Shown one piece after another: positions 12,430-24,452 of a DNA stretch of 64,000 nucleotides. The notes under the pieces were generated by a model that saw nothing but the letters and a program-made list of their open reading frames with translations, did not search any database and was not told where the DNA came from. The stretch's first letter is position 1. Each line of letters opens with the position of its first letter. The position numbers and the translations under genes were made by a program. Source of the DNA: Blasia pusilla (Eukaryota); assembly GCA_050084515.1 (NCBI GenBank), contig CM114271.1, forward strand, positions 47,802,001 to 47,866,000. Reading direction: 5' to 3'.

Positions 12430-14580
12430 AAGAGGAGATTCAATTCGATTGCGAAGCCACTAACCTTGCTGACCAAGGTGGATCACGAGTGGCATTGGGG
12501 GGATGAGCAGGAGCGAGCATTTTAGCTGCTCAAGGACAGATTGACGTCCGCGCCTATCTTGAGGAGACCAATCAGGGGTCGTCCTTTCTAGTTGCATACA
12601 AATTGGAGCATGTTGGGGCTTGGAGCGATGCTCACCCAGCATGATGATGAGGGTAGAGAGTTCGTGGTGGCTTAGAATAGCGGCTCGAACAATGCTGCAG
12701 AGGCGAAGTACAGCTCATATGAGGGTGAATGCTTGGCTGCAGTGTGGGCTGTCGTGCATTTTAGGTGTTACTTATTCAAATTCGGCAATCCCTTTATCAT
12801 CATCACTGATCATCAACCACTAAAGTGGTTGATGGAGTCTGATAAGCTTATAGGGAAGCTTGCGAGATGGGCTCTGTTGTTGCAAAAGTATGATTTTCAG
12901 GTGGTACATAGACCTGGAATGCTCAACCAGGATGCAAATAGGCTGAGTCGTAACCCATGCCCAAGTCAGCGAGATATGACTGGAGCTCGATGGCATGGAG
13001 AGAGTGATGAGGAGTCAGTTCCAGGGCGGCACGCGTCAACCTATTTAGGCATGTTGGCTATGGAGAGCCAGAGTGTGGAGACTTTGATGGCGAGTACTTG
13101 GATCCCGAGGCCAGTGAGGAGACAACAGGTGGCCGAGACATTCAAAATGATGGAGTAGTCTTGGAGTACCTTTGTACTGGCAGCGTTGCAAGCATTGTGG
13201 GTACTAGAGAGTGGGATCGGATCCTATAGCGCAGAGGTCTAGACATTTCCTTTGGGAGGGGACACATGATTTGAGGGTTTGGGAGGATGGTAGAGTACAC
13301 GTAGTGCCCCATCCTTTGCAGAGAGCATCACTAGTGTAGCATGCCCATGAGGAGTTGGGTCACTTTGGGGTGAAGCGGACATACACCTTGCTCGAGGTTC
13401 ACTATTGGTGGCGAGGCATGCAGACTAGCGTTCAACAGTTTGTTGCCAGGTGCATGATGTGTGATCAAGTCCGAGCATCGTAAAATGCTCCGACTCCACA
13501 ATTGCATCCATTACTGATCATGGGCTTAGGATATAGATGGAGTTTGGATTTTGCAGGACCTTTTTCTTGGACGGAGCGTCACACTCGTTATGTGTTGGTG
13601 ATGGTCGAGCACTTCTCAAAGTGGATCGAGTTGGTTGCATTGCTTGACAAAGCAAGTAAGGGAGTAGCTTATGCCTTCCTTGACAGAGTGCTGAGTCGTT
13701 ATGGCGCACCAGCTGAGGTGTTGACAGACCAAGGTACCGAGTTTCACGATGAGTTCCACGCCTTGTGTGGTGAGGCGTTGATCGACCACCGCGCGACTTC
13801 ACAAGATCATCCCAAGGCGGATGGATTAGAGTTGTGCAGACGGTGAAGAGGGGTTTATGCAAGTATGGCTTGCAAAGAGGTCACCTAGGAGATTAGGACC
13901 TCCAGTTGCCGTGGTTGGCGATGGGATACAGATTTAGCAGGCAGGCATCCTTAGCATCTTTTTCACCGTACTTGGTACTTTATGGCCGAGAGCAAGATTT
14001 ACCTACGGCCATTCGACGAGATGCTGGTGAGGTGCGGGACCTTGATGACCTAGATGTATGGATGCGAGCATGTTCTCAAAGGGCTGAGTTGTTTCGGAGA
14101 GTGATGCCCATGGCGTTTGAGAACTTGGCGATTGCACAGCATCGGGATACGTTGAGGTATGCGACTATTCGGGGTGGTGATTATCAACCAACTATTTGGA
14201 GGTTTCATCAGGGAGATTATGTCTACTTGCAGTAGACGGCACTGACGACGTTGGATATGACTACAGGGCGCACTATCCTAAGAGTGCGTGATGTTTTGCC
14301 ATCCGGTGTTCTTTTGTTGGAGGGACGCGATGGTATGGTATGGAAGGACCATGTGCGCAATTGTGCACCATGTCACCTTCCTAGCATTGATGGTACGGTA
14401 GATCCGAGCTCAACAATAGTTCCTGCAGACTTGCGGTGTATGTTGTGTGGTTCTGCTCGTGGTGCGGCCACGATGCTAGTCTTTGATGGATGTTCGAGAG
14501 GTTGGCATATGGCATGTCTGACGCCACCTCTCACTAGGGTTCCTCGGGGATGATGGATGTGTCCTAGATGTACATAGAGG
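12430..14580 (+). pseudogene. Family X copy 2: RT thumb/RNase H, integrase, PHD
   Basis: SIAKPLTLLTK, LHTNWSMLGLGAML, WSLDFAGP, LTDQGTEF, PHD CMLCGS...GWHMACLTPPL; colinear with copy 1. Confidence 0.92.
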
Positions 14581-14764
14581 AGATACTAGGTAGGTTTCGA
14601 TTCCAACTTTTTCTGTGACATGGATGGCAGGAAGGCGACTAACAATGGGGCCACATGAGCACCTGGCCTTTCTGCTCTTAGCGTCCTAGAGATGTATGTC
14701 TTGGAAGGTAGGGATAGATGGTTATCTGGAGTTAGAGAGACCTAACCACCAACAAGGGGGCGAT

Positions 14765-15523
14765 TGGAGATATTTTGGTACTTCTCGCCTCTGTTTATGA
14801 ATGCCATGAGTTAGCATGGGATCGTGTGTGTTTGTAAGTGTGTTCGATGACAGCGATGTATGTTGTGTAGCGATGTGTATGCGCACGACAACTGTTACGA
14901 CTGTGAGGATAGATCGGTGGGATCTAGTAGAGCATTTGCACGAGTAGTGGAGGACATGCCCAGAAGGTCGAGGATGACCTGGTGAGGCCCCAGGAAACCT
15001 GAGAGAGCAGGTTCCCCCTTCGTTTCGGCTCATTTGGAGCCATATAGAGAAACTTACTATTTAGGGTGAGTTTTCCATATTGGGGATAGTTGACTTTCCA
15101 CTTTGGGAAGTGGCCCTTGACCCGCTACAGCAGGTCAAGAGCCAAGGAGGTGACCTGCGAGCATAGATTACTGTTGAGAGGGCTTGGGAGAGGGAAGGGG
15201 TATACCTCCAAGAGAGAGAGCTTGAGAAATCATTCTCTCTTTGTTGAACCTCTTCGCATGAGGCGGCGGAGCTATGGTCTTGCTTGCCTTGTGTGTGTAA
15301 CCCAAGCTTCTCATTAGGAGAGTGGGTTTGGTTTGACATTGAGAGACACATGTGAGAACTATATAGTGTTGTGAGAGAGATTTGATCTTACTTTAAGTGG
15401 AGATATTTTGGTACTTCTCGCATCCATGTATGGATGCCATGAGTTAGTATGGGATTGTGTGTGTTTGTGTGTGTGTTTGATGACAACCATGTATGTTGTG
15501 TAGCAATGTGTATGCGCACGATA
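14765..15523 (+). repeat. Split 3' terminus: B1 (14765-14890), AC, A2 (14893-15395), B2 (15398-15523)
   Basis: B = TGGAGATATTTTGGTAC...GCGCACGACA (~125 bp) occurs twice, on either side of a copy of A. Junction reads GCACGACA-AC-TGTTACGAC. Confidence 0.9.
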
Positions 15524-15975
15524 TGGGTTAAAGAACGCTTTGGAAAAATTTTTGACGGTAGTGGATAGGATCTTGGCAGGTCTGGGTTTTTCTAGATGTT
15601 ATATTGATGACATTGTAGTCTTTAGCGCCACGATTAAGGAGCAATAGCGACAACTGGAGGAGGTGTTTCGACGATTGAACTTACATTGGCTGAAGCTACA
15701 TTCGAGAAAGTGCAAGTTCTTCTACGACCAGATTGAGTATTTAGCTCTTACGATATATCCAAGTGGCCTTGGTGTTCAGTAGATGAAGGTAGAGACTATC
15801 TCACACGTTACACGCCCTACAAATATGAGTCAAGTTTGTGCATCCATGGGATTGGCGAATAGGCCGAGATCCTGATTTACGTGCGGCCATTTGTCACGAT
15901 GCTAGTGAGGTGTTGAATCTCAATGATCTTGATGTATGGATGTGAGCATATTCTCAAAAGGTTGAGTTATTTTAA
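15524..15975 (+). pseudogene. Family X host copy continued: RT C-terminal half fused by deletion to an integrase fragment
   Basis: GLKNA...DRILAGLGFSRCYIDDIVVFS (YIDD)...KCKFFYDQIEYL; from ~15861 the sequence matches the integrase region near 1477-1590. Confidence 0.85.
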
Positions 15976-17931
15976 ATATAGTATTCTCCAACCTTCATCT
16001 AACACACATACAGGCAACCCCATAGATATCCCATTCTTTGCTATTGCACATTTTCATGCCTTCCAAGCATCAACCCAAGCATTTCCATCTATCTCTTGAT
16101 TCTCTTCCGTTCTATTGATGATGTTACCTACATTATAGGTCTTTCTTTACAAGTAGTTACTACTTTACCCAATTTTTTGAAGCAACTCTTTGTCCTTATT
16201 TTATTATTTAACGGATACTTACAAAGAAGAAAAGATTTGCAAATTAGACCGCATAGATCTTCGAATTGATTATGAGTATGATTTGAAGGGTGGGGGAGTG
16301 TTTGACAAAAAAGAGGTAAAAGGCACATCTAAAGGTTTTGCGGCCAAAAGACTAGCAAGAATCAAAGAGTTAAGTTATGTGATGAGACATGCAATCAATG
16401 GATTATTCCTTTTGCACTTACACGTGTCTTTTGATACTTTCATGAAAGCATATGCTCACCATTCCCTTGATAATCATCACCTTGGCCTTTCTCATAATTC
16501 TTCTTTATCTGTAGTCACAACTTGTTTTCGACAACACATCTTAGTGACTTTGGCATTGCCATGTCAAACCAAAAAGACCTACATTGACATGTCAAACCAA
16601 AATTGACATCTACCCTATCATTATTATTCTTGTCAAATTTGCCCAAATTTTAGGAATTGTGTATCCCCGTTTATGTCTTCATGATCTTGCCGATTCTTTT
16701 TACATTCCATTTTAGATTTTTAGACTCCTTTATTCTTATGGGGTTATTACATTCCTATGTCCTCTTTGTTTGGATTGTCTAGAGAATCCTTCTAAAAATA
16801 AACACTAGTAGTTCAATATGATATAGGTAGATTTGACGAGACGATGTCCCACGCGTACTCCATTGCCCATGGTGCGCTTTTCTTTTGGCACAATTTCACA
16901 AACTTCTATCCTCCTACTTTGGGACTACGCCATTTTCGAGAAAACTTCATATTTTCTTCGCGTAATACTTTAATGCCTTCAAACCCATGAGAACGTATCT
17001 TCGGATCGTAGAGACCTTCGATGGTATCACTCGCATCATCTTTCAACCCAATTCCTGTTTGCTCACAATAGTGAACTGTTTTTGGGGACAGCGGAATCGC
17101 ATGGCACATAGAATAGAGAGTTCTTCTACGCGACTGTGGCGTCTTCGCGCACCAGCGAATGTACCGACGAGAATCGACTCTAATGATGATAGAATCGAAA
17201 AGTGCACATTTAAACCTGCAATGTCATCATATAGAATAGGTAGTAGAAACTCGGGCGAACCGCCCATTTGGGTTGCCACGTAAGACTCAGATCTGAGTCA
17301 TCTGACGCACTTTGGCTAGAAAACCCTGAGCTATGTACTGAAGAAATGAAGAATGCGTCAAATGACAGTCTGCTGTTTAGGTTCACTGGCACGGCCTACC
17401 GCACCGTGAAAGTGATGGGACAGGCGTAGACCTAACTTTGTCACTTAGAAAGGTGCAAGAGAAAGCTGAATCACTGTCCAAGAAATATATAACAGTATGG
17501 TGAATTTTTTGTCTCGACTGACTTGGCGTGAGAAGTTCTAGCTCGTGGGAATTTGGTGTTGCCAATGTTTGGCACAATGACAATCTCTTCGTGCATTTCA
17601 TTGAAGTGAAATAACTAGGTGTTAGAACAGTCTCCAGGATGGAAATCCTTTACTTCACAGGGTGATGATGCTTGACCATCTGCCGTCCTTTGCGGTCATC
17701 AGGAGTCTACTGGAGTTCCTTCTGGAAGAAACCTTCGACAGTCCGTCTATCACACAGAACGAAGAGGTGAGTAGAAGAGGAGCACTATGCCAAACTTGAG
17801 CATTCGGTTGAGGTGACGTCTTAAAGCCAATAAATTCTCTTGCAGGACTCTTTTCGGCGCCGCCACATGGTTTATTCGAGACCTCTTCAACGGGAGTTAT
17901 CTGCTGCTAGTGAGTAGAGGCGAATCCGTAA

Positions 17932-18955
17932 TCAAGTGACTGGATACTTGCCGAGAGCCATCCCACTGCGGCCGTCCTCAGACCTTGCTTCGAACCTATC
18001 CTGCAAAGAAAGCCGGAAAAACTGCACCTTAAAACTTGAAGAATTCCACAATGCACAAATTCGATGTTCGGTTCAAGTCACAATGAGCTCCAAGAGAAAA
18101 CACAATAATGTTCTTATTCCTCATGCCCTAAATACGGTTCGGGAGGGGAAGGATGTACTAAGAGAAAGTGGAAAATTCCGGACGAATGTACGGGTGATGA
18201 ATCAGAGAAGACTAAATGAAAACTTCACATGACTCAGAAGGGCATTCAATTAAATTCCCTCAAACGCCTGTAAGATCTACATCAGTTAACAGCCGTTTGA
18301 AAAAAAATCACCAGACTAGATCATAAAAATCAATCAATTGCTTGCCCTCCATTGTCATGAGCATCTCTTTAAAAGATTCAGAAATCTGTTGAAGAGAAGA
18401 TCTCTGATCCGGACAAATCCGGTACCGAGACACTGAATGGAAGGTGAACGGACGAAGCTGTGTGGTGCATTGGTCTTCAGGAGACATTTTAAGAAGATTT
18501 ATTTTACTAACGCGCTACTCACGTAAGGGAAGATCCAGTCAGATCTGATTTCGACCACGGTATAGTAGCAGTCAGTGAATATGCACATTGTCAGAGCCAG
18601 ATTCAGACTAGGACAATAAGATGTTTAGTCCTTACAAACTCACCAGAAGCTTTCTAGACTTTGATTGTGAATCTTTGAAAAAACTAATTGACTTTTGCAA
18701 GATATGCGGTCCACGCATGGCTCCGTGATTGTATATTTGTTTGTAATCCGCAGCTCCCTCAGTCTTTCCGTGCTTTGGTTGATGTGAGTATTGATCAACG
18801 GCCATAAACACGATTGTGAAAAGAAGGCTACATGTGATGAAAAGAAACAGTCCTTGATGTTTACCGAACCATCTACAGGATCCAGCGGCCGTACTTGGGA
18901 ATACGGTGCTATGTGATTCGCCTCCCCACTTAGTTGCTAGACGGGTGTTCCCCAT
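17932..18955 (-). CDS. Candidate two-exon gene, join(18955..18644,18000..17932), 126 aa, one hydrophobic segment; small membrane or secreted protein of unknown function
   Basis: ATG at 18955; hydrophobic GLFLFITCSLLFTIVFMAV; GTGAGT donor right after SRKLL; strong acceptor TTTCTTTGCAG before 18000, giving in-frame DRFEARSEDGRSGMALGKYPVT*. Lies in non-repetitive sequence that retains CpG. Splicing is predicted only. Confidence 0.5.
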
Positions 18956-20497
18956 ATGCTATACGCAAGTTCAACACCCTCGCAGCGTGCTGTCTTTCTC
19001 TAGCAAGTCTGCGTATGTAAAAAACGGAAACATTTAGCAACTGCGCGCTGTGATCGAAGCCGACTAGAGGCGATGAAATCTTTTGCTGGACAATCTACCA
19101 TATGTTTACACAGGGGACAAACCAACGACAATTCACGTAGTCATTCAATCTATCTGTCCGAAGTTTTAGATTACACTATGCACACCCAGAACTTACAGTC
19201 CAACTGTCGCAACTGACCTCGCCACTCCGTCGGCAAGGCTTATCGCGTAGGAATAATATTAATAAATCGGTATGAAAAGAGGGAAGACACAGGGAATAAT
19301 AATAATAATAACTCGGTATGAATAGAGGGAAGAGACGTTGAGAATGTGAACCGATGACTCTGAAAATCATTTCGTCGGGAAAATAAGGCGTACAATCTAA
19401 AGGAGGTAGTGTAACGCTTTCATTCCAACATACTGTCAAGGAAAGTAGAGCTGACAGCGGACAGCCATTACCAGCAGAGCGCAACCAAACAATTTCGTTC
19501 AGGAAAGATGTGAAAACGTACAGAAATCGAAATGACAAGAGATTGGCTTCACTCGATAAGTGTCCATCCTGCATGGGAAGCTCGCCTATATGAAACCTTC
19601 TGAGCAACAGGCAAGATCCAAGAGAATAGTCTTTTCTCAACTTCTAGATCAGAAACCGATTCGCGATACACCACCACAGAATCTAATTGCTTCGCGAGGC
19701 AATTAGATTGAAGATGCATGTTCGGAACGGACAGTTCGGTCGAAACAACCCGACATGCATCCTGAACTACTGCGTCTCGTAAGGTTTCCACATCGCACAT
19801 ATCAATTCCCTTACCTGAAATTACGAGCAGTGTCGCTTCTTCACCTTGCCCGTCCGGGTCCAGAGCTCATGTGAGGTTCTTCGCATGAAACAGTACTACG
19901 AGGCCATCCCAAACGAGCAACGTGAATCCCAATGCAGGCCTGGAGGCTCGAAGCGATTCCTTTCGCTCTGGCTCTCCCGTCACGCGTCCCCACATCCTGC
20001 TGCCACCCTGAGGATTGGAATTTTGAACCTTTGTAGAGTGAGCTGTCGACAACATTCTGTCGACAAACAGGTAAGCTTCATAATTCAGGATAATCTTCAT
20101 AACTCCTAAAATAAAACCAGGATAATGGGAAACCCGTTGGAAAGGAGTGGCGTTGAGAAAGCAAGGAACGTAATAGGCAAACAAGAAGTGGGCCCATTAC
20201 GTAAAAGAAGTGTAGCTGAAAATATCGGACCACCTCTCACTAGATATTAGTAAGTGCTTGTGCTCTAAAGTGTATACTAAAGTTCTTACTAAAGCTCTTA
20301 AGAGTCACTAGTCACACCATATAATTTGGTTGCGCATATCTGGAAGCATGAATGGAGTGAGGAAAAAAGGATTTGTGAAGGAAGAAGATGCTGTTTTTTA
20401 GAGTGTTTTTAATAGAACAATCATGTGTGACACACATATGGTACAAGTATATTTGAGAATAGGATTATGTGGTGGTATACAGTAGTGTTGTTGCAAA

Positions 20498-20617
20498 CAT
20501 GTATTCCAGCCCCTACACGAACTCCCCTCTACATGTTTGCATTGTACTATTCATCCCATGTATTCCAGCCCCTACACGAACTCTCCTCTACATGTTTGCA
20601 TTGTACTATTCATCCCA
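20498..20617. repeat. Tandem duplication, two copies of a ~59-bp unit
   Basis: CATGTATTCCAGCCCCTACACGAACTC...GTACTATTCATCC repeated head to tail. Confidence 0.9.
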
Positions 20618-20805
20618 TCTATGAGAGGGTAGTAGATAGGAAACTTTGCAATGAAATAAAGGACATTTCACTCATTTTAAAAGCATATGCCATGAAACAA
20701 ACATTTGTTATGAAATAAAAAAAAATTGAAGAGAAGGAATCATAATATGGAGATTTTTAATGTGCGAATAGTAGAATGACGTGTATAGAAGGAATATGGT
20801 GTTTG

Positions 20806-21946
20806 TAGTACTAAGTCACTTACAACTCAAGAAAAATACAACTACTTAACTAAAGAACCCTAAGTGGCATAATATGGTATTAGTTAGTTGCTAAGAATGA
20901 CTAGAGGGTATAACGTGGACTTTTTTTAACATAATTTTATATCATTTTCAAGTGGAATTCTTATAAATTAATGACATGTCGTTATAAATGACTAGATTAG
21001 TACAAAAGAATGAGATGTGACTTTATTGTGAATTAAATTTAAATTAAATTTTGGTTCAAAATATGACATGTAAAAATAAGACTAGATTAGAATTTATAAT
21101 ATTGAAAAAACTTGCATATAGTTGTAAATATACTTGGTATATTAAAACTATTGCCAAGTTCACAAATAAGACCCTAATAAGATCACATCATTTTGCAATA
21201 ACCCTCCTTTGGGTCCTTTTTAATTTTAGTTTAGAATCTCTCTCTTAGCTCTCTTGTCACTCATTGCATTCACTAAGAATGAAGATATAGCTCAATCCGA
21301 TACTTTATTCATGTTGATCTTCTATCTAATTCCTAGTTGTCCACACATAAGCCGACACATAAGTCGACACTCTCCGGAAAAAAGAGACAGAGATTGAGAA
21401 ATAGATGCCATCTTGAGTTCTCAAAATTTCCCTTACGGCTCTCTCTTATGATTACTCGGGAAATATTCAAACCCTATGCGTGGTCTTGGGATGTGAGCTC
21501 TAAGAGTGTAGGAAAGTTCTTATACTAAAATTAAAAAGGACCCAAAGGAGGGTTATTGCAAAATGATGTGATCTTATTAGGGTCTTATTTGTGAACTTGG
21601 CAATAGTTTTAATATACCAAGTATATTTACAACTATATGCAAGTTTTTTTAATACTATAAATTCTAATCTAGTCTTATTTTTACATGTCATATTTTGAAC
21701 CAAAATTTAATTTAAATTAATTCACAATAAAGTCACATCTCAGTCTTTTGCACTAATCTAGTCATTTATAACGACATGTCATTAATTTATAATAGTTCCA
21801 TTTAAAATTGATTTAAAATTATGTTAAAAAAATCCACATTATACCCTCTAGTCATTCTTAGCAACTAACTTATACCATATTATGCCACTTAGGGCTCTTT
21901 AGTTAAGTAGTTGTATTTTTCTTGAGTTGTATGTGACTTAGTACTA
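20806..21946. repeat. AT-rich foldback: inverted arms 20806-21230 and 21524-21946 with a ~290-bp spacer (possible MITE or Mutator-like relic)
   Basis: The arms are near-perfect reverse complements. The ORF track shows almost the same peptide on opposite strands (21051+ and 21703-). Confidence 0.88.
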
Positions 21947-23593
21947 TTGGAGACAATAAAGCACATGTGCTTTATTGTCTCCAACTTGGTAGTATCACAA
22001 TTGAGCTTCTTCACTTTGTCAACAAGGTTGTTCTCATTCGTGAGCCTGGATTGATAATCTTGAGCAAGGTTGGAGGCAAACAAAGTCTGTTTCGGCAGAC
22101 TTTTGACCGTCCTAGGTACAGACATATCTGTGCAGGCCCGACTGCCCACATCTTGCACTTGGGCCCACCCTGCATGCACTTGATCCTGGCTTGCATCCTT
22201 CCCGGAACCTTGGCCTGCTTCAAGCCCACGCGCGGCCCGCATCTATCCTATGCGGGCCATACTTCTTCTTTTTTCCAAAAAATTCTATACAATTTTTTTC
22301 TTTTTTTGCGTACGTCCAACCTTGGGCCCAATATGGGCTATGTGGGCCCATATCCAACTCACATTTGGCCCGCGTAAGAGAGGCGCAAGCCGGACACAAG
22401 ATGCCACGGGAGGGGCGCACGCTAGGGGCGGGTTGGAGTTTCTATTTTACAGTCGTTTTAATAAGTTCGATCCCCAAGAGGATCATTGTTTGAGGAAAAG
22501 AGAGTTCGAAATTACAATTCTTTTGTAATAGTTGTATTTAAATGTGTATGAGTTATATTCAATGTCTTATCAATATCTGCTGATCTTTCTTAGTACCAAA
22601 GGATCTTTTCTCGATTCTCTCTAGTGGAATTGATAGCATGTTCAGGTAGATTTTCCTCTCGACATCAAGAAACCTCACAGAGATCTCAACATGAAAGCTG
22701 GCTTCTCCTACTTTTGGAACTTAATCCGTCTCGGCAGGCTACTCTCTGTCAAACAGATTTCCTACAACTCAGGTTGATTATTTCATTGATGAGAAAGGTT
22801 CGCCTGATTCACTCTTCACTCTGCAGACCCAAAAAGAATACTCAGACATAAGCATTGCACATCATAATGAATGAATGATTGCTTTACTACTCCATCAAGA
22901 ATGAGAAAGTTTCAAAGTGTATACAAGCTCGAGAGGGTACTACTCCCTTGCTTGGACCATTCCTACAGCATAAGGATTTCATAAGAGAATGATGATTATG
23001 GCTTCCATCTTGTTTCTTAAATACTCGTTAGAGTAGGAGTGACAAAGATTTGAAGCGTTCTTGATGAAGCTAGTGTCTCTTCACTATTTCTAACTACCTA
23101 GATCTATGGCTCTCTTAGCTTTTCCTACGATCCCTGTGAATCCGCAGCACAAAACTGTCCTAACTACCAATTCGATACAAAGGATCGCGCCTCTTCCTAG
23201 TCTAACTGTTTTAACGTGCGTCGCTTGAAATCACAGTCGTTCTTAGATTCGCTTCCCTTCGCTGTACTTCACGAGGACGAAGCGCTTCATGCTTCGTTCT
23301 TATTTCAGGTGCTTCGTGCTTCGCGCTTTGTACAAGAGCGAAGTACTTCTTTCTCCTTTTCTTCTTGATTCATTATGCTTCGTTATAGAGCAAAGCACTT
23401 CATAGACAGAGCTTCGTTGAGCTTTGTTGAGCTTCCGAAACTTCTTGCTGAGTCTTGAGACTTTGTTACTGCATTTTCTTCTCCTCTAAGGCAAATCCTT
23501 GATCTTCCATATCTCTGCCTTGTCCCAGGAGCTTCGTGATTCACTTTAATCTTACTCATTCTTCCTCATAATAATAAATAATCAAAATCAAAA

Positions 23594-24394
23594 TCATAAT
23601 GTACAAGAGTCTTCTTTGAAAAAAAAGATATATTCTTCCTCGATTAACTCTTTGACATCTTCAGGGTCTAACTGCACTTCGTTAAGTAGTTTCTGCTCTG
23701 CCTCCAAGACAGCGATCCTCCCTGTAACCTCTAACCACTGCGCCAGTAAGTCTTTGTTCATTTCTTGATGTTCTTGAAGCAATTTCAAAGATTGAGCGTG
23801 GTGGGTGGCCAATTTCTTGAATTCGTTGTGAACACGATGCATTTGGTATCGATATTGTTGAATCAGTTGCAAAGCTTCCTTGACCTGCAAAGCTAACTGA
23901 TCATCCCCACACTCTAGGTTAATCTCCAAGCTCTCCCATTGGCACGCGTTTCGTGCTTCATACTGACTCTGGACTAAGTCGCTTTGAACTTTGCGAAGCG
24001 TGGTTTTCGTGTCTTCGAGTTCTTGATCCCGCAAGTGAAGAGTTGTTTCCGCCACTTTCAGCTGAACTTCGTTGTCTGACAAAGCTTGGGCCCTATAGTT
24101 GAGGTCATCTAGGCCTTGTAAATACTCGTCCACCGTCGCTCTGTTGCCTAGGTGGAGAACGTGTTGAAGTTGATTCATGATCGGAATAGCTATATTCAGG
24201 AACCACACCATATCGTTGGTTGTCTGAGACATGAGACAAAGTGCAGGACGGTGATCACTAGCACAAGGCGTCTCGTCGGAGTCCTCTTGAGTGGCAGGTT
24301 TTGGTTCCGAGGGTGTTTCAAAATTGACCCTGCCGCGCTCCAGTCTCGGCAGTTCGGTGAATTCCTCGACTTTGCCTGAAGCCGAAGTATGCAA
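23594..24394 (-). pseudogene. Coiled-coil accessory ORF in the 3' region of Gypsy G2 (3'-truncated by deletion into the LTR)
   Basis: 266-aa ORF rich in heptad-like L/Q/E; homolog at ~8671-9430 in the same position upstream of the PPT and 3' LTR. Confidence 0.7.
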
Positions 24395-24452
24395 ATGTTG
24401 CTTTAGGACTGCTTCGCGTGGCGGTGTGACTTTGCGGCCCCCATTAGTGACC

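Larger units (their letters stand above)
5345..15523 (+). mobile_element. Ty3/Gypsy family X, copy 2, both ends present: A1 - leader - gag end/protease - DNMT3-like MTase - (RT deleted) - RNase H - integrase - PHD - B1 - AC - A2 - B2
   Basis: Starts TGTCACGAC (5345) and ends GCACGATA (15523). Flanked by a 4-bp duplication TGGG (5341-5344, 15524-15527) whose removal restores the RT frame FLPSGLKNA. Protease RVLLDSRAQPQMLG...YDVLVG at ~10370-10640. Confidence 0.9.

Noticed and set aside
14765-15523. Classifying family X as DIRS/Ngaro because of the split repeats
   Set aside because: No tyrosine recombinase seen; the integrase has the Gypsy zinc-finger and DDE core, and a TSD is present.
21051-21703. 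Two near-identical 65-67 aa ORFs on opposite strands
   Set aside because: By-products of the inverted repeat, with non-ATG starts and AT-rich composition.
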